This document shows, one piece after another, positions 9,105 to 17,845 of a stretch of DNA of 64,000 nt. This DNA comes from Candidatus Aenigmatarchaeota archaeon (GTDB lineage Archaea; Aenigmatarchaeota; Aenigmatarchaeia; GW2011-AR5). The stretch is from positions 185,208 to 249,207 of the forward strand of contig JACQID010000004.1 in NCBI GenBank assembly GCA_016198685.1, given 5' to 3'. The translations under genes were made by a program, and so were the position numbers. The notes under the pieces were generated by a model. It ran no database searches. It was not told the origin of the DNA and saw only the letters and a program-made list of their open reading frames with translations. Position 1 is the first letter of the stretch; each line of letters opens with the position of its first letter.

Positions 9105-11123
9105 ATGAGGAGAGCAGAAGTGAATAATTTTCAGGAAAAAGTAACGTTTATTTGGGACTTGGCAGATTTACTGAGAGGAGTTTATAAAAGAAACGAATAT
9201 CAGAAGGTGATACTGCCTTTTACTGTATTAAAAAGATTCGATTGCGTTCTTGCCCATTCAAAAAAGACACTTCTCGAATCTTACAACAAATATAAGAACC
9301 AGTTTGAAAACTTGGAGCATATTCTTCAGGATTCTGCCAAAGATAAAGACGGAAATCCTCTTGGCTTTTACAACTATTCAAAATACGATTTTAGAACGTT
9401 GCTAGAAGATCCAGAGCACATAGAACAGAATCTTTTGCACTATCTTGATTCTTTCAGCAAAAATGTTCAGGATATATTTGAGAACTTCTCCATAAAAACC
9501 CATATAGCCAATTTAGCCAAGTCTGACTTACTGTTTATTTTAATCAAAAAGTTTTCAGACTCAAAAGTTGACTTGCATCCAGATATTGTTTCTAATCATG
9601 AGATGGGCATGATTTTTGAGGAACTGATACGAAAATTTGCAGAACAATCCAACGAAGAAGCAGGAGAACACTTTACGCCAAGAGACGTTGTTGAAGTGAT
9701 GACTAAACTTATTTTTGTAGAGAATGGAGTTCATCTGAAGAATAAAGACATTATTAAGACAGTTTACGACCCAGCATGTGGAACAGGAGGTATGCTGACA
9801 AGCTGCAAGGAGTTTATCAAAAAGCTGAATAATTCTGTTGAAATTGTTTTGTATGGGCAAGAAGTCAATCCAGAGATATACGCAATATGCAAGGCTGACA
9901 TGCTAATGAAGGGCGAAAATGACGACAATATTAAAGGAGCTTACAGCACGCTTTCAAAGGACAAGTTCAGAGACATGAAATTTGATTTTATGATTTCTAA
10001 TCCTCCTTACGGTAGAAAATGGGAACAGGATGAAGCAGATGTAATCAAAGAAGCTGAAAGAGGCTTTGAAGGAAGATTTGGAGCAGGACTTCCACGTATA
10101 AACGACGGGCAACTCCTCTTTTTACAACACATGGTTTCAAAAATGAAAGTCAAGGAAAAATCAAGAATCGCTATTATTACAAATGGCTCTCCTTTATTTA
10201 CAGGCGATGCTGGTTCTGGGGAAAGCGACATCAGAAAGTGGATGATTGAAAATGATTATATTGCTCTTCCAGACCAGTTATTTTACAACACAGCAATAAA
10301 AACTTACATCTGGGTATTGACCAACAAGAAGCCAAAAGAAAGAATTGGTAAAATCCAGCTCGTAGATGCAACTTCGAGATTTAAGAAAATGCGTAAAAGC
10401 TTGGGCTTCAAAAGACATATTTTAGGGGAAGACGATATTAAAGAAATACTCCAGTTTTATGAAAAGTTTGAAGCTGGTAAACATGTCAAGATATTCAATA
10501 ATGAGGAATTTGGGTATACTAAAGTAATCATTGAAAGACCCACGCAGTTAAACTACCAAGTCAGTGATGAACGGCTTGAGGATATGTATTCTGTCAGTGC
10601 CTTTGTAAAGCTTGCCGAAAGCAAAAAAGAAAACCCAGAACTGAAACTAAAAGAAGAGGAAGAAGGCAAAAAGAAGCAGAAAGAAATAATAGAAGCTCTA
10701 AAGACAGTCGGCAATAAACTGTATAAAAATTTGGATGAATTTGAAGCGAAGGTAAAACAAGCATTACATATATTTGACTTGAAACCAAACTTTATCAAGA
10801 GCATAATTTTGGCGTTGTCCGAACATGATGATACAGCAGAATATGTTCTGGACGTCAAAGGCAAAAGACAGCCTGATTCTAACCTACGGGACTCTGAAAA
10901 AATACCGTTGGGGCAAGATATAGAGAAATATTTTGTAAAAGAAGTCAAACCATATTACCCAGATGCATGGATGGACAGGAGCAAGGACAAAGTTGGCTAT
11001 GAAATAAACTTCACACAGTATTTCTATAAGTATCAACCCCCAAGACCTCTTGAGGAGATAGAAAGAGACATAAAGAAAGTGATTAAAGAGATACAGGAAC
11101 TCATTAAGGAGGATGTTGAATGA
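9105..11123 (+). CDS. hsdM: Type I restriction-modification system, DNA methyltransferase subunit M
   Basis: DPACGTGGML is the SAM motif I and ISNPPYGRKW is the N6-adenine NPPY motif IV. The N-terminal HsdM-like region and the 672-aa size also fit. Confidence 0.9.
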   Translation: MRRAEVNNFQEKVTFIWDLADLLRGVYKRNEYQKVILPFTVLKRFDCVLAHSKKTLLESYNKYKNQFENLEHILQDSAKDKDGNPLGFYNYSKYDFRTLLEDPEHIEQNLLHYLDSFSKNVQDIFENFSIKTHIANLAKSDLLFILIKKFSDSKVDLHPDIVSNHEMGMIFEELIRKFAEQSNEEAGEHFTPRDVVEVMTKLIFVENGVHLKNKDIIKTVYDPACGTGGMLTSCKEFIKKLNNSVEIVLYGQEVNPEIYAICKADMLMKGENDDNIKGAYSTLSKDKFRDMKFDFMISNPPYGRKWEQDEADVIKEAERGFEGRFGAGLPRINDGQLLFLQHMVSKMKVKEKSRIAIITNGSPLFTGDAGSGESDIRKWMIENDYIALPDQLFYNTAIKTYIWVLTNKKPKERIGKIQLVDATSRFKKMRKSLGFKRHILGEDDIKEILQFYEKFEAGKHVKIFNNEEFGYTKVIIERPTQLNYQVSDERLEDMYSVSAFVKLAESKKENPELKLKEEEEGKKKQKEIIEALKTVGNKLYKNLDEFEAKVKQALHIFDLKPNFIKSIILALSEHDDTAEYVLDVKGKRQPDSNLRDSEKIPLGQDIEKYFVKEVKPYYPDAWMDRSKDKVGYEINFTQYFYKYQPPRPLEEIERDIKKVIKEIQELIKEDVE

Positions 11124-11219
11124 TGACAAAAAGACAAACTACCCATAGACAATTAACAAATTTAGCAAGAGGAAGGCAGATATTGTTTCAAAATCAATTA
11201 AGACGGAGCGGAAAAGAAA

Positions 11220-12503
11220 ATGAAACTCAAAGCCTATTCTAAATATAAGAAATCTGGGATTCAGTGGATTGGCGATATACCTGAAGGCTGGTCATTAGAA
11301 AGGTTTAAGCTTAGATTTAAAAGTAAAAAAGGAAAAATACCCGATAATCTCGATGTTACCAATGGCGAGGGTTACTTACCCTATTTAAGTATGGAATACT
11401 TAAGGGGCAAAGAAGAAAATGCTCAGTTTTCAAACGATCCTACTGCATTAAAAGTTGAAGACCATGATTTATTGTTATTATGGGACGGATCAAATGCAGG
11501 GGAATTTATTTCTGCTAAAAAAGGGATCCTATCTTCTACAATGGTGAAACTTAACATACAAAGAATGAATACTCAATATTGCAAATATTTATGTTCAGGT
11601 TTTGAACCCATGCTAAGAGATTTAACTGTTGGAATGGGAATTCCTCATGTAAATGGTGATGTTTTGGGTAATATTCAAATCCCAATTATAGGTATTGGAG
11701 AACAAAAAAAAGCAACTTCTTTTCTCGACTCCAAAACCTCACAAATCTCCAAAACAATCTCAGCCGACAAACAACTTATAGAGCTTCTCAAAGAAAAAAG
11801 AACTGCTTTAATCAATCACGTTGTAACGAAAGGCCTGAATCCTAAAGCAAAAATGAAAGATTCTGGGATTGAATGGATTGGAGAAGTGCCTGAAGGGTGG
11901 GAAGTTAAAAAAATTAAATTTATTGGAAATATTGTTTTAGGGAAAATGCTTACCGACAAAGAACATGATGGTCATATACAAAAACCATATCTACGAGCAC
12001 AAAATATTCTATGGGAGAAGGTTGATGTTTCTGATGTCAAAGAAATGTGGTTTTCATCTGGAGAGTTAAAAAGATTTAGATTGAAAAATAATGATTTACT
12101 TGTATCGGAAGGTGGGGAAGCTGGAAGAACAGCTCTATGGAAAGGAGAAATAGATGAATGTTATATTCAAAATTCGGTGCAAAAAGTAACGTTAGATGAA
12201 GGATGTATTCCAAATTATTTTCTGTATTTATTTGAGTCTTATGGTAAAAGGGGCATTTTTGATTCAGTTGTGAGTAGGGTTAGCATAGCTCATTTAACAA
12301 GAGAAAAACTAAAAGAGATAATTTGCACAGTCCCTCCAAAACAAGAACAAGCCCAAATAGCAAAATTTCTCGACAAAGCAACCTCAAAAATAGACCAAAC
12401 TATCCAGAAAATTGAGGCAAAAATAGAGCTTCTTGAGGAATTTAAAAAATCATTAATACATCATGTTGTTACAGGCAAGGTAGATGTAAGGTGTGAAATA
12501 TGA
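11220..12503 (+). CDS. hsdS: Type I restriction-modification system, specificity subunit S
   Basis: Two half-repeats (SGIQWIGDIPEGWSLERFK / SGIEWIGEVPEGWEVKKIK). Conserved helical spacers are present (LIELLKEKRTALINHVVTKG, LLEEFKKSLIHHVVTGK). Confidence 0.85.
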   Translation: MKLKAYSKYKKSGIQWIGDIPEGWSLERFKLRFKSKKGKIPDNLDVTNGEGYLPYLSMEYLRGKEENAQFSNDPTALKVEDHDLLLLWDGSNAGEFISAKKGILSSTMVKLNIQRMNTQYCKYLCSGFEPMLRDLTVGMGIPHVNGDVLGNIQIPIIGIGEQKKATSFLDSKTSQISKTISADKQLIELLKEKRTALINHVVTKGLNPKAKMKDSGIEWIGEVPEGWEVKKIKFIGNIVLGKMLTDKEHDGHIQKPYLRAQNILWEKVDVSDVKEMWFSSGELKRFRLKNNDLLVSEGGEAGRTALWKGEIDECYIQNSVQKVTLDEGCIPNYFLYLFESYGKRGIFDSVVSRVSIAHLTREKLKEIICTVPPKQEQAQIAKFLDKATSKIDQTIQKIEAKIELLEEFKKSLIHHVVTGKVDVRCEI

Positions 12504-14038
12504 AAAAGAAATTAAAACAAGTCGCTGAACTAGAAAATCAGGAGCAAGAATCCGATTTTTCTGCCATTAGTTCTAAACTAGATATCAAAGAGCCGACTAA
12601 GAGAAAAATGAAAGATGTTCATAGAGATTTTAAAGAGGGCAATATAATTCTCCAACCAGAATTTCAAAGAGATTTTATATGGACAAAAAATAAGCAAGCG
12701 GAATTAATTAAATCTATATGGAGAGGGATTCCTTTACCGATGTTTTATTTTTCAGTAGAGCGTAATGGAAAATTCGAGGTAATTGATGGGCAACAAAGAT
12801 TAACTACTATATTTGGATACATTTCATCTCAACTGATAAAAGACAGAAGGATAAGGGATAAATTAATAAAAAAAATAAAAATTAAAGATGAAAATAAAAA
12901 TAATATTTCCAGAGATGATATAATAAAAAGAGTTCTAGAGGATACAAACATTTATTGCGTAGAAATTCCTGAAGTTGGTTTGAATACAAATGATAAGTTT
13001 GAAATATTTAGATCGTTAAACCTTGGAGCCACTCCTCTTAAATTTCAAGAAATAAGAAATGCAATTTTTCAAAAAGAAATACCTCATCTTAATAAATCAT
13101 TAAAGAGCGGAGCACAAAAAATAGAAAGATTGACAGGTATGAAAAATTTTAGAATGACTTTTGAGGACCTTGTTTTACGATTTTATATCATAAATGAGAA
13201 AGGATATGATAAAAGAGTATCTGACCAGCTTAAAAACAATGTTGAGCTAAAGAACATATTTACTGAAGAAAAAATTAAAACAATAAATTCTAAATTTAAT
13301 AGATTTATTAATTATATGAACAAAGTCTTTGGTAGAAAATCCTTTCAAACTTTATCTAAAATAAAAGAAAATAAACGGCTTCCAGATAATAAATGGGAGA
13401 AACACGCTTTTTCCGCTAAGATTAATCAAGGTTTATTTCACTTGTTTTCATATTATATCCCTAAATATTCTAAGCATCGATTAAATAAAAAAAGTGATAA
13501 AAAGATTAGAGAAGAATTTGTAAAGTTATTAAAAAATTCAAGGTTCCTGAATTTAATAACTGGTTCTGGAACAGATTCTACAAAAAATATTAAAAAATCG
13601 TCATCTCTTTTTGAAAAGTTATTCTTAAATGTATGTTTCGGGGACTGGTACAAAATCGATAAAAGAAATATCCCAAGAGAGCTTAAAACGACCATGATAG
13701 AAAATGTTCCATTTTGCTATCTGTGTTATGGTAAACTAAAAAGGATTGAACATATAGAAAATTTTTCTGATATTCATGGAGAACACATAAAATCTTTCAA
13801 AGAAGGGAACAAATCAACTTACAGAAATATTCTCTTAGCCCATAAAAAATGCAACTCTGAAAAGTCTGCAAAACGCCTTGAGGATTACAGAAAACAGGAT
13901 AAATCAATCCTAAAAAGAAAGAAAAATAAACAAAATATTAAAGAATACATAAGGTGTTTAAAAGAATGGAATACATATTACCCACTACACGCCTACAAAA
14001 AATTAGTTAAATATGCTAAGCGAGATAAAAAACTGTGA
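12500..14038 (+). CDS. DUF262 (ParB-like, DGQQR motif) protein with C-terminal HNH nuclease motif, GmrSD-like
   Basis: N-terminal FQRDFIW...EVIDGQQRLTTIFG is the DUF262 signature. C-terminal CYLCYGK...HGEHIKSF...NILLAHKKCNSEKS is the HNH motif. An ATGA overlap links it to the hsdS stop. Confidence 0.7.
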   Translation: MKKKLKQVAELENQEQESDFSAISSKLDIKEPTKRKMKDVHRDFKEGNIILQPEFQRDFIWTKNKQAELIKSIWRGIPLPMFYFSVERNGKFEVIDGQQRLTTIFGYISSQLIKDRRIRDKLIKKIKIKDENKNNISRDDIIKRVLEDTNIYCVEIPEVGLNTNDKFEIFRSLNLGATPLKFQEIRNAIFQKEIPHLNKSLKSGAQKIERLTGMKNFRMTFEDLVLRFYIINEKGYDKRVSDQLKNNVELKNIFTEEKIKTINSKFNRFINYMNKVFGRKSFQTLSKIKENKRLPDNKWEKHAFSAKINQGLFHLFSYYIPKYSKHRLNKKSDKKIREEFVKLLKNSRFLNLITGSGTDSTKNIKKSSSLFEKLFLNVCFGDWYKIDKRNIPRELKTTMIENVPFCYLCYGKLKRIEHIENFSDIHGEHIKSFKEGNKSTYRNILLAHKKCNSEKSAKRLEDYRKQDKSILKRKKNKQNIKEYIRCLKEWNTYYPLHAYKKLVKYAKRDKKL

Positions 14039-14044
14039 AGAAAA

Positions 14045-16630
14045 ATGACAACTGACACATCAGAAAAAGCATTTCAGAGGGATATTGTTGCTCACTTGGT
14101 TAGTACTGGCTACCATGAAAGAAACACCCATAATTTTGATAAAACCGTTTGCCTCGACCCGGAATTGGTATTGAAATTCATTCAAGATACACAGGAAAAG
14201 GAATGGACAAAGTTCCAGAAAATCTATGGTGACAAAGCTGGGCAAAAGTTCTTTTATCGGCTTGTAACAGAAATTGAGAAAAAAGGCACTATAAATGTCC
14301 TAAGAGATGGGTTCAAGGATGTCGGGTGCTATTTCAAGCTTTTCTATCCAAAACCTAACAATAAGAAAAACCCTGATTTATTTGAGAAGTTTGGCAAAAA
14401 TATCTTCTCGGTTGTTGATGAATTGGAATACGAAAAGAAAGAAAAAGGAAATAGGCTGGATTTGGTCATTTTCATAAACGGGCTTCCTATAATCACAATA
14501 GAGCTTAAAGATACGTTCTCTCAGGGCGTGGAAATAGCAATAAAGCAGTATAAGGAGAATAGAGACCCAAAGGAAAAAATATTCCAAAATTGTTTTGTCC
14601 ACTTCGCTATGAGCGATGAAAAGATATTCATGGCGGCAAAGCTGGAAGGCTGGAAAACGAGATTCCTGCCTTTCAATAAGGGCATTGAAAATCCGACAGT
14701 CCAAAACGACTACAAGACTTCCTACTTGTATAACGATATTTTACAGATAAATAAGCTGTCGAAGCTCATAGCCAATTTCATCTATGTGGAGAAAGATGGC
14801 GATGAAGACAAACCAATTTTCCCAAGATACCACCAGCTTGACTGTGTTAATAAACTTCTGGAGGATGCAAAACCAAGCAAAAACTATCTCATTGAACACA
14901 GTGCGGGAAGCGGGAAAACAAAAACTATCGCATGGCTCGCTCATGGATTGATAAACAAATTTGACCAGCAGGATGACAGAATCTATGATATGGTTATTGT
15001 CATTTCGGACAGAAGGGTTATAGATAAACAGTTACAGAATCAAGTCCAATCTATTGAAAAGGTCAAAGGAATTGTAGACGTAATTGATGAGAAAAAGACT
15101 TCGCAAGACCTTAAAGAAGCCCTGAAGACTGGAAGCAATATTGTAGTAACAACGTTGCAGAAGTTCCCTTACATACTGGAAGAAGTCAAGGATTTGCCGA
15201 AAAGAAAATACGGGGTTATCATTGATGAAGCCCATTCATCCCAGTCAGGGACTTTGGCAAGAAAAATGAAGCAGATTTTGAGCACGAACAGTCTTGAAGA
15301 AGCCGAATCTATGGAAAGGGATATTGATGACGAGGTTGAGGATGAGATTCTTGAGGAAGTCGAATCATTCAGAAATTTAAAGAACATAAGTTTCTTCGTT
15401 TTTACGGCAACCCCAAAGAATAAAACTCTCGAAATGTTTGGAGTAAAAGATAATAGAGGAAAATATCACCCATTCCACACGTACTCAATGAAACAGGCTA
15501 TAGAAGAAGGGTTTATTCTCAATGTCCTTGATAATTATCTCACTTATGAGACATATTTTAAGCTTGTCAAGAAAATTGTAGACGACCCAGAATATGATGA
15601 AAAGAAAGCAAAAAGACTTCTAAGGAATTTTGTTGAAAAGCACCCCCATGCTATAATGAAAAAGACGGGGATTATGCTTGACCATTTCATGAATTCTACA
15701 ATCAATAAAATAGGGGGCAAAGCAAGGGCAATGGTAGTTACACGGTCAAGATTGCACGCCGTTCTTTACAAAAGGGCTTTTGACAAGGCAATAAAAGAGA
15801 ACAATTTACCAATAAAAGCTTTGGTTGCTTTCACTGGCGTTGTAAAGCATGACGAGCAGGAATATACAGAAAGCTCGATGAATCAACTACCCCCAAAAAA
15901 GACTATTGAAAATGCCTTTGAGGAAGAACCCTATAGAATCCTGATAGTTGCAAATAAGTATCAGACTGGATTTGACCAGCCTCTTTTGCATACTATGTAT
16001 GTTGACAAGATGTTAAATGGAATTACGGCAGTTCAGACATTATGCAGAATCAACAGGATTCATCCTCATAAAAATGATACACTGATATTCGATTTTGCGA
16101 ATAAAACGGAAGTTATACAGAAGGCTTTCCAACCATACTATGGAGAAACTTACCTCAAGGAAGGTACAGACCATCATAAACTATACGAATTACAAACAAA
16201 ACTTCTCGATTATCAGGTTTTTGATGAGTCGGATGTCGATGCCTTTGTAAGGGCTTGGAAAAAAGAAGAATCACAGCCAAAATTGCACAATATTTTAAGT
16301 CCTGTCGTTGAGGAATTTAAGAAAAAGGAGAAGAAAGGGCAAGTAGGATTCAAAAAAACTATGAAGAGGTATCAAAGTATATACGCATTCCTGTCTCAAT
16401 TGATTCCGTTTTCTGATGTACGCCTTGAGAAGATATACATATTTAACAAATTCTTGACCAAAAAACTTCCTTCAATAAATAACCCTCTGCCTTATACAGT
16501 TTTGGAAGATGTTGATATGGATTCCTATAAAATTGTCAGTAAAGGGAAGAAGGAATTCACGCTTCAGATTGAAGGTGAATTGACGCCCATATCCGCGGGA
16601 GCTGGGAATATGCTCCTAATGTCAACATGA
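14045..16630 (+). CDS. hsdR: Type I restriction enzyme R subunit, N-terminal 861 aa (nuclease and helicase core)
   Basis: HsdR_N-like RLDLVIFINGLPIITIELK (PD-(D/E)xK). Helicase motifs are HSAGSGKT, VIIDEAHSSQ, FTATP and QTLCRINR. The reading frame ends prematurely relative to the C-terminal domain encoded by 16627..16968. Confidence 0.85.
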   Translation: MTTDTSEKAFQRDIVAHLVSTGYHERNTHNFDKTVCLDPELVLKFIQDTQEKEWTKFQKIYGDKAGQKFFYRLVTEIEKKGTINVLRDGFKDVGCYFKLFYPKPNNKKNPDLFEKFGKNIFSVVDELEYEKKEKGNRLDLVIFINGLPIITIELKDTFSQGVEIAIKQYKENRDPKEKIFQNCFVHFAMSDEKIFMAAKLEGWKTRFLPFNKGIENPTVQNDYKTSYLYNDILQINKLSKLIANFIYVEKDGDEDKPIFPRYHQLDCVNKLLEDAKPSKNYLIEHSAGSGKTKTIAWLAHGLINKFDQQDDRIYDMVIVISDRRVIDKQLQNQVQSIEKVKGIVDVIDEKKTSQDLKEALKTGSNIVVTTLQKFPYILEEVKDLPKRKYGVIIDEAHSSQSGTLARKMKQILSTNSLEEAESMERDIDDEVEDEILEEVESFRNLKNISFFVFTATPKNKTLEMFGVKDNRGKYHPFHTYSMKQAIEEGFILNVLDNYLTYETYFKLVKKIVDDPEYDEKKAKRLLRNFVEKHPHAIMKKTGIMLDHFMNSTINKIGGKARAMVVTRSRLHAVLYKRAFDKAIKENNLPIKALVAFTGVVKHDEQEYTESSMNQLPPKKTIENAFEEEPYRILIVANKYQTGFDQPLLHTMYVDKMLNGITAVQTLCRINRIHPHKNDTLIFDFANKTEVIQKAFQPYYGETYLKEGTDHHKLYELQTKLLDYQVFDESDVDAFVRAWKKEESQPKLHNILSPVVEEFKKKEKKGQVGFKKTMKRYQSIYAFLSQLIPFSDVRLEKIYIFNKFLTKKLPSINNPLPYTVLEDVDMDSYKIVSKGKKEFTLQIEGELTPISAGAGNMLLMST

Positions 16631-16968
16631 AGTTGTCCAAGATTCTCAAAGACCTGAATGACGCATTCGGGACAGACTTTACAGAAGATGATAGAGTATT
16701 TTTGGGTAGGGTAAAGGATAATATGCTACAAAATGAGGATTTGCTCAATAAAATGGAGCACAACTCTAAGGAAAATGTAAAGGCAGTTTTTGACAAATAT
16801 TTCAATCAGGAAATGACAAAGCTACTAAATAGTAATTTGAAACTTTACAAAAGAATAGTAGAAAATGACAAATTGAAGACGAAGCTTAAATCAGACTTAT
16901 TTAGTTTGGTTTATTTTGAATTTAATAAAAGAAAAAAGAAAACTCTCAGAGAGGAAGAAGTAAAATAA
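16627..16968 (+). CDS. hsdR: HsdR C-terminal helical domain encoded in a separate frame (split or frameshifted hsdR)
   Basis: LSKILKDLNDAFGTDFTEDDRVF...NSKENVKAVFDKYF resembles the contiguous C-terminus of long HsdR proteins. Its frame is open from 16579 and overlaps the upstream stop (ATGA at 16627-16630). Confidence 0.6.
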   Translation: MKLSKILKDLNDAFGTDFTEDDRVFLGRVKDNMLQNEDLLNKMEHNSKENVKAVFDKYFNQEMTKLLNSNLKLYKRIVENDKLKTKLKSDLFSLVYFEFNKRKKKTLREEEVK

Positions 16969-16973
16969 TTTAG

Positions 16974-17195
16974 GTGTTTTTCATGGGCGGAAGAAGTGTA
17001 GGCGGCCGGGCGGCGAACATTCGTTTACGCCAGAGAATCGCCCACCAGTCAATGAAGGAGCTTATGGAAGAGGCGGCGGTACGGGAAAAAACGCCGCCGT
17101 CACGGGACGTTAATAAGTGCGAGGCGTGCGGGTTTAAGGCGCGGTATAAATTTATACGATGTCCTGAATGTGGGGAAGTGAGGAAGAATGGCTAA
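16974..17195 (+). CDS. small zinc-ribbon protein (73 aa, GTG start)
   Basis: The C-terminus carries CEACGF...RCPECG, two CxxC pairs. The segment is GC-rich. Confidence 0.4.
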   Translation: MFFMGGRSVGGRAANIRLRQRIAHQSMKELMEEAAVREKTPPSRDVNKCEACGFKARYKFIRCPECGEVRKNG

Positions 17196-17355
17196 AGATG
17201 ATACGATATCAGGCGCTGGCATACTCCTTGGGGTTTTGGGACTCCTATTTTTAGCAGACGCATTAGATAAGAAAAGATGTTCTCATTGTGGGAATTATAA
17301 TACTAAACAAAATACAATATGTAATTATTGCGGATGGGGCTGGACGATTTTATAG
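17188..17355 (+). CDS. small TM plus zinc-ribbon protein (55 aa)
   Basis: ATG at 17188 and TAG at 17353-17355. GAGILLGVLGLLFLA is a TM helix, followed by CSHCG...CNYCG. It overlaps both neighbouring ORFs and is below the ORF-track cutoff. Confidence 0.35.
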   Translation: MAKDDTISGAGILLGVLGLLFLADALDKKRCSHCGNYNTKQNTICNYCGWGWTIL

Positions 17356-17606
17356 GCAAAAACGCTACCCCGACAGCACGGCTGGCTTCTACATTCATAA
17401 GCATCGCTATCGTATTATTTATATTTTTCAACGCTATGCCTACGGAACTTAGAAACGGAGCGTTCTACTTTCTCCTGTTCCATTTAGCAAACCATATATA
17501 TGTCGGGTATTCAGACCTTAAAATTCACACATGTTATCGTTGTGGTGAAGAATTAAGGCCGAGAGTTAATTATAAAAAACACATCTGTAAAAAGCATGGA
17601 GCTTAA
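17328..17606 (+). CDS. small membrane protein with C-terminal Cys/His motif (92 aa)
   Basis: Two hydrophobic helices followed by CYRCGEE...HICKKHG. Confidence 0.35.
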   Translation: MRMGLDDFIGKNATPTARLASTFISIAIVLFIFFNAMPTELRNGAFYFLLFHLANHIYVGYSDLKIHTCYRCGEELRPRVNYKKHICKKHGA

Positions 17607-17821
17607 GCTGATATGTTTCTTGCGGCTGCTGGTATAAAGAAAACTAACCATGCGGCGATGCCTATCAGAAAAAGCGCTATGCCCCATGTAGTAAAAAAGT
17701 TAGACATTTCTGCGATAAAAGGCTTTGAAATTCCACCGGTGAATAAGAAAAATATACCACTAGCAATAAGTAGACCTCCTATACTCTTTGGTTGAAATAT
17801 GACTTTTAGCCAATCAGACAT
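17603..17821 (-). CDS. small membrane protein (72 aa)
   Basis: Two predicted TM helices (GGLLIASGIFFLF, WGIALFLIGIAAWLVFFI). It lies immediately downstream of the integrase on the same strand. Confidence 0.4.
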   Translation of the reverse strand: MSDWLKVIFQPKSIGGLLIASGIFFLFTGGISKPFIAEMSNFFTTWGIALFLIGIAAWLVFFIPAAARNISA

Positions 17822-17845
17822 TTGATTATTCGTCTATAAGTCTTT

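Noticed and set aside
16627-16630. Programmed translational frameshifting as the explanation for the hsdR split.
   Set aside because: No slippery heptamer or downstream structure is evident. A simple indel or a genuinely split gene is more parsimonious, so I report it as an open question under findings.
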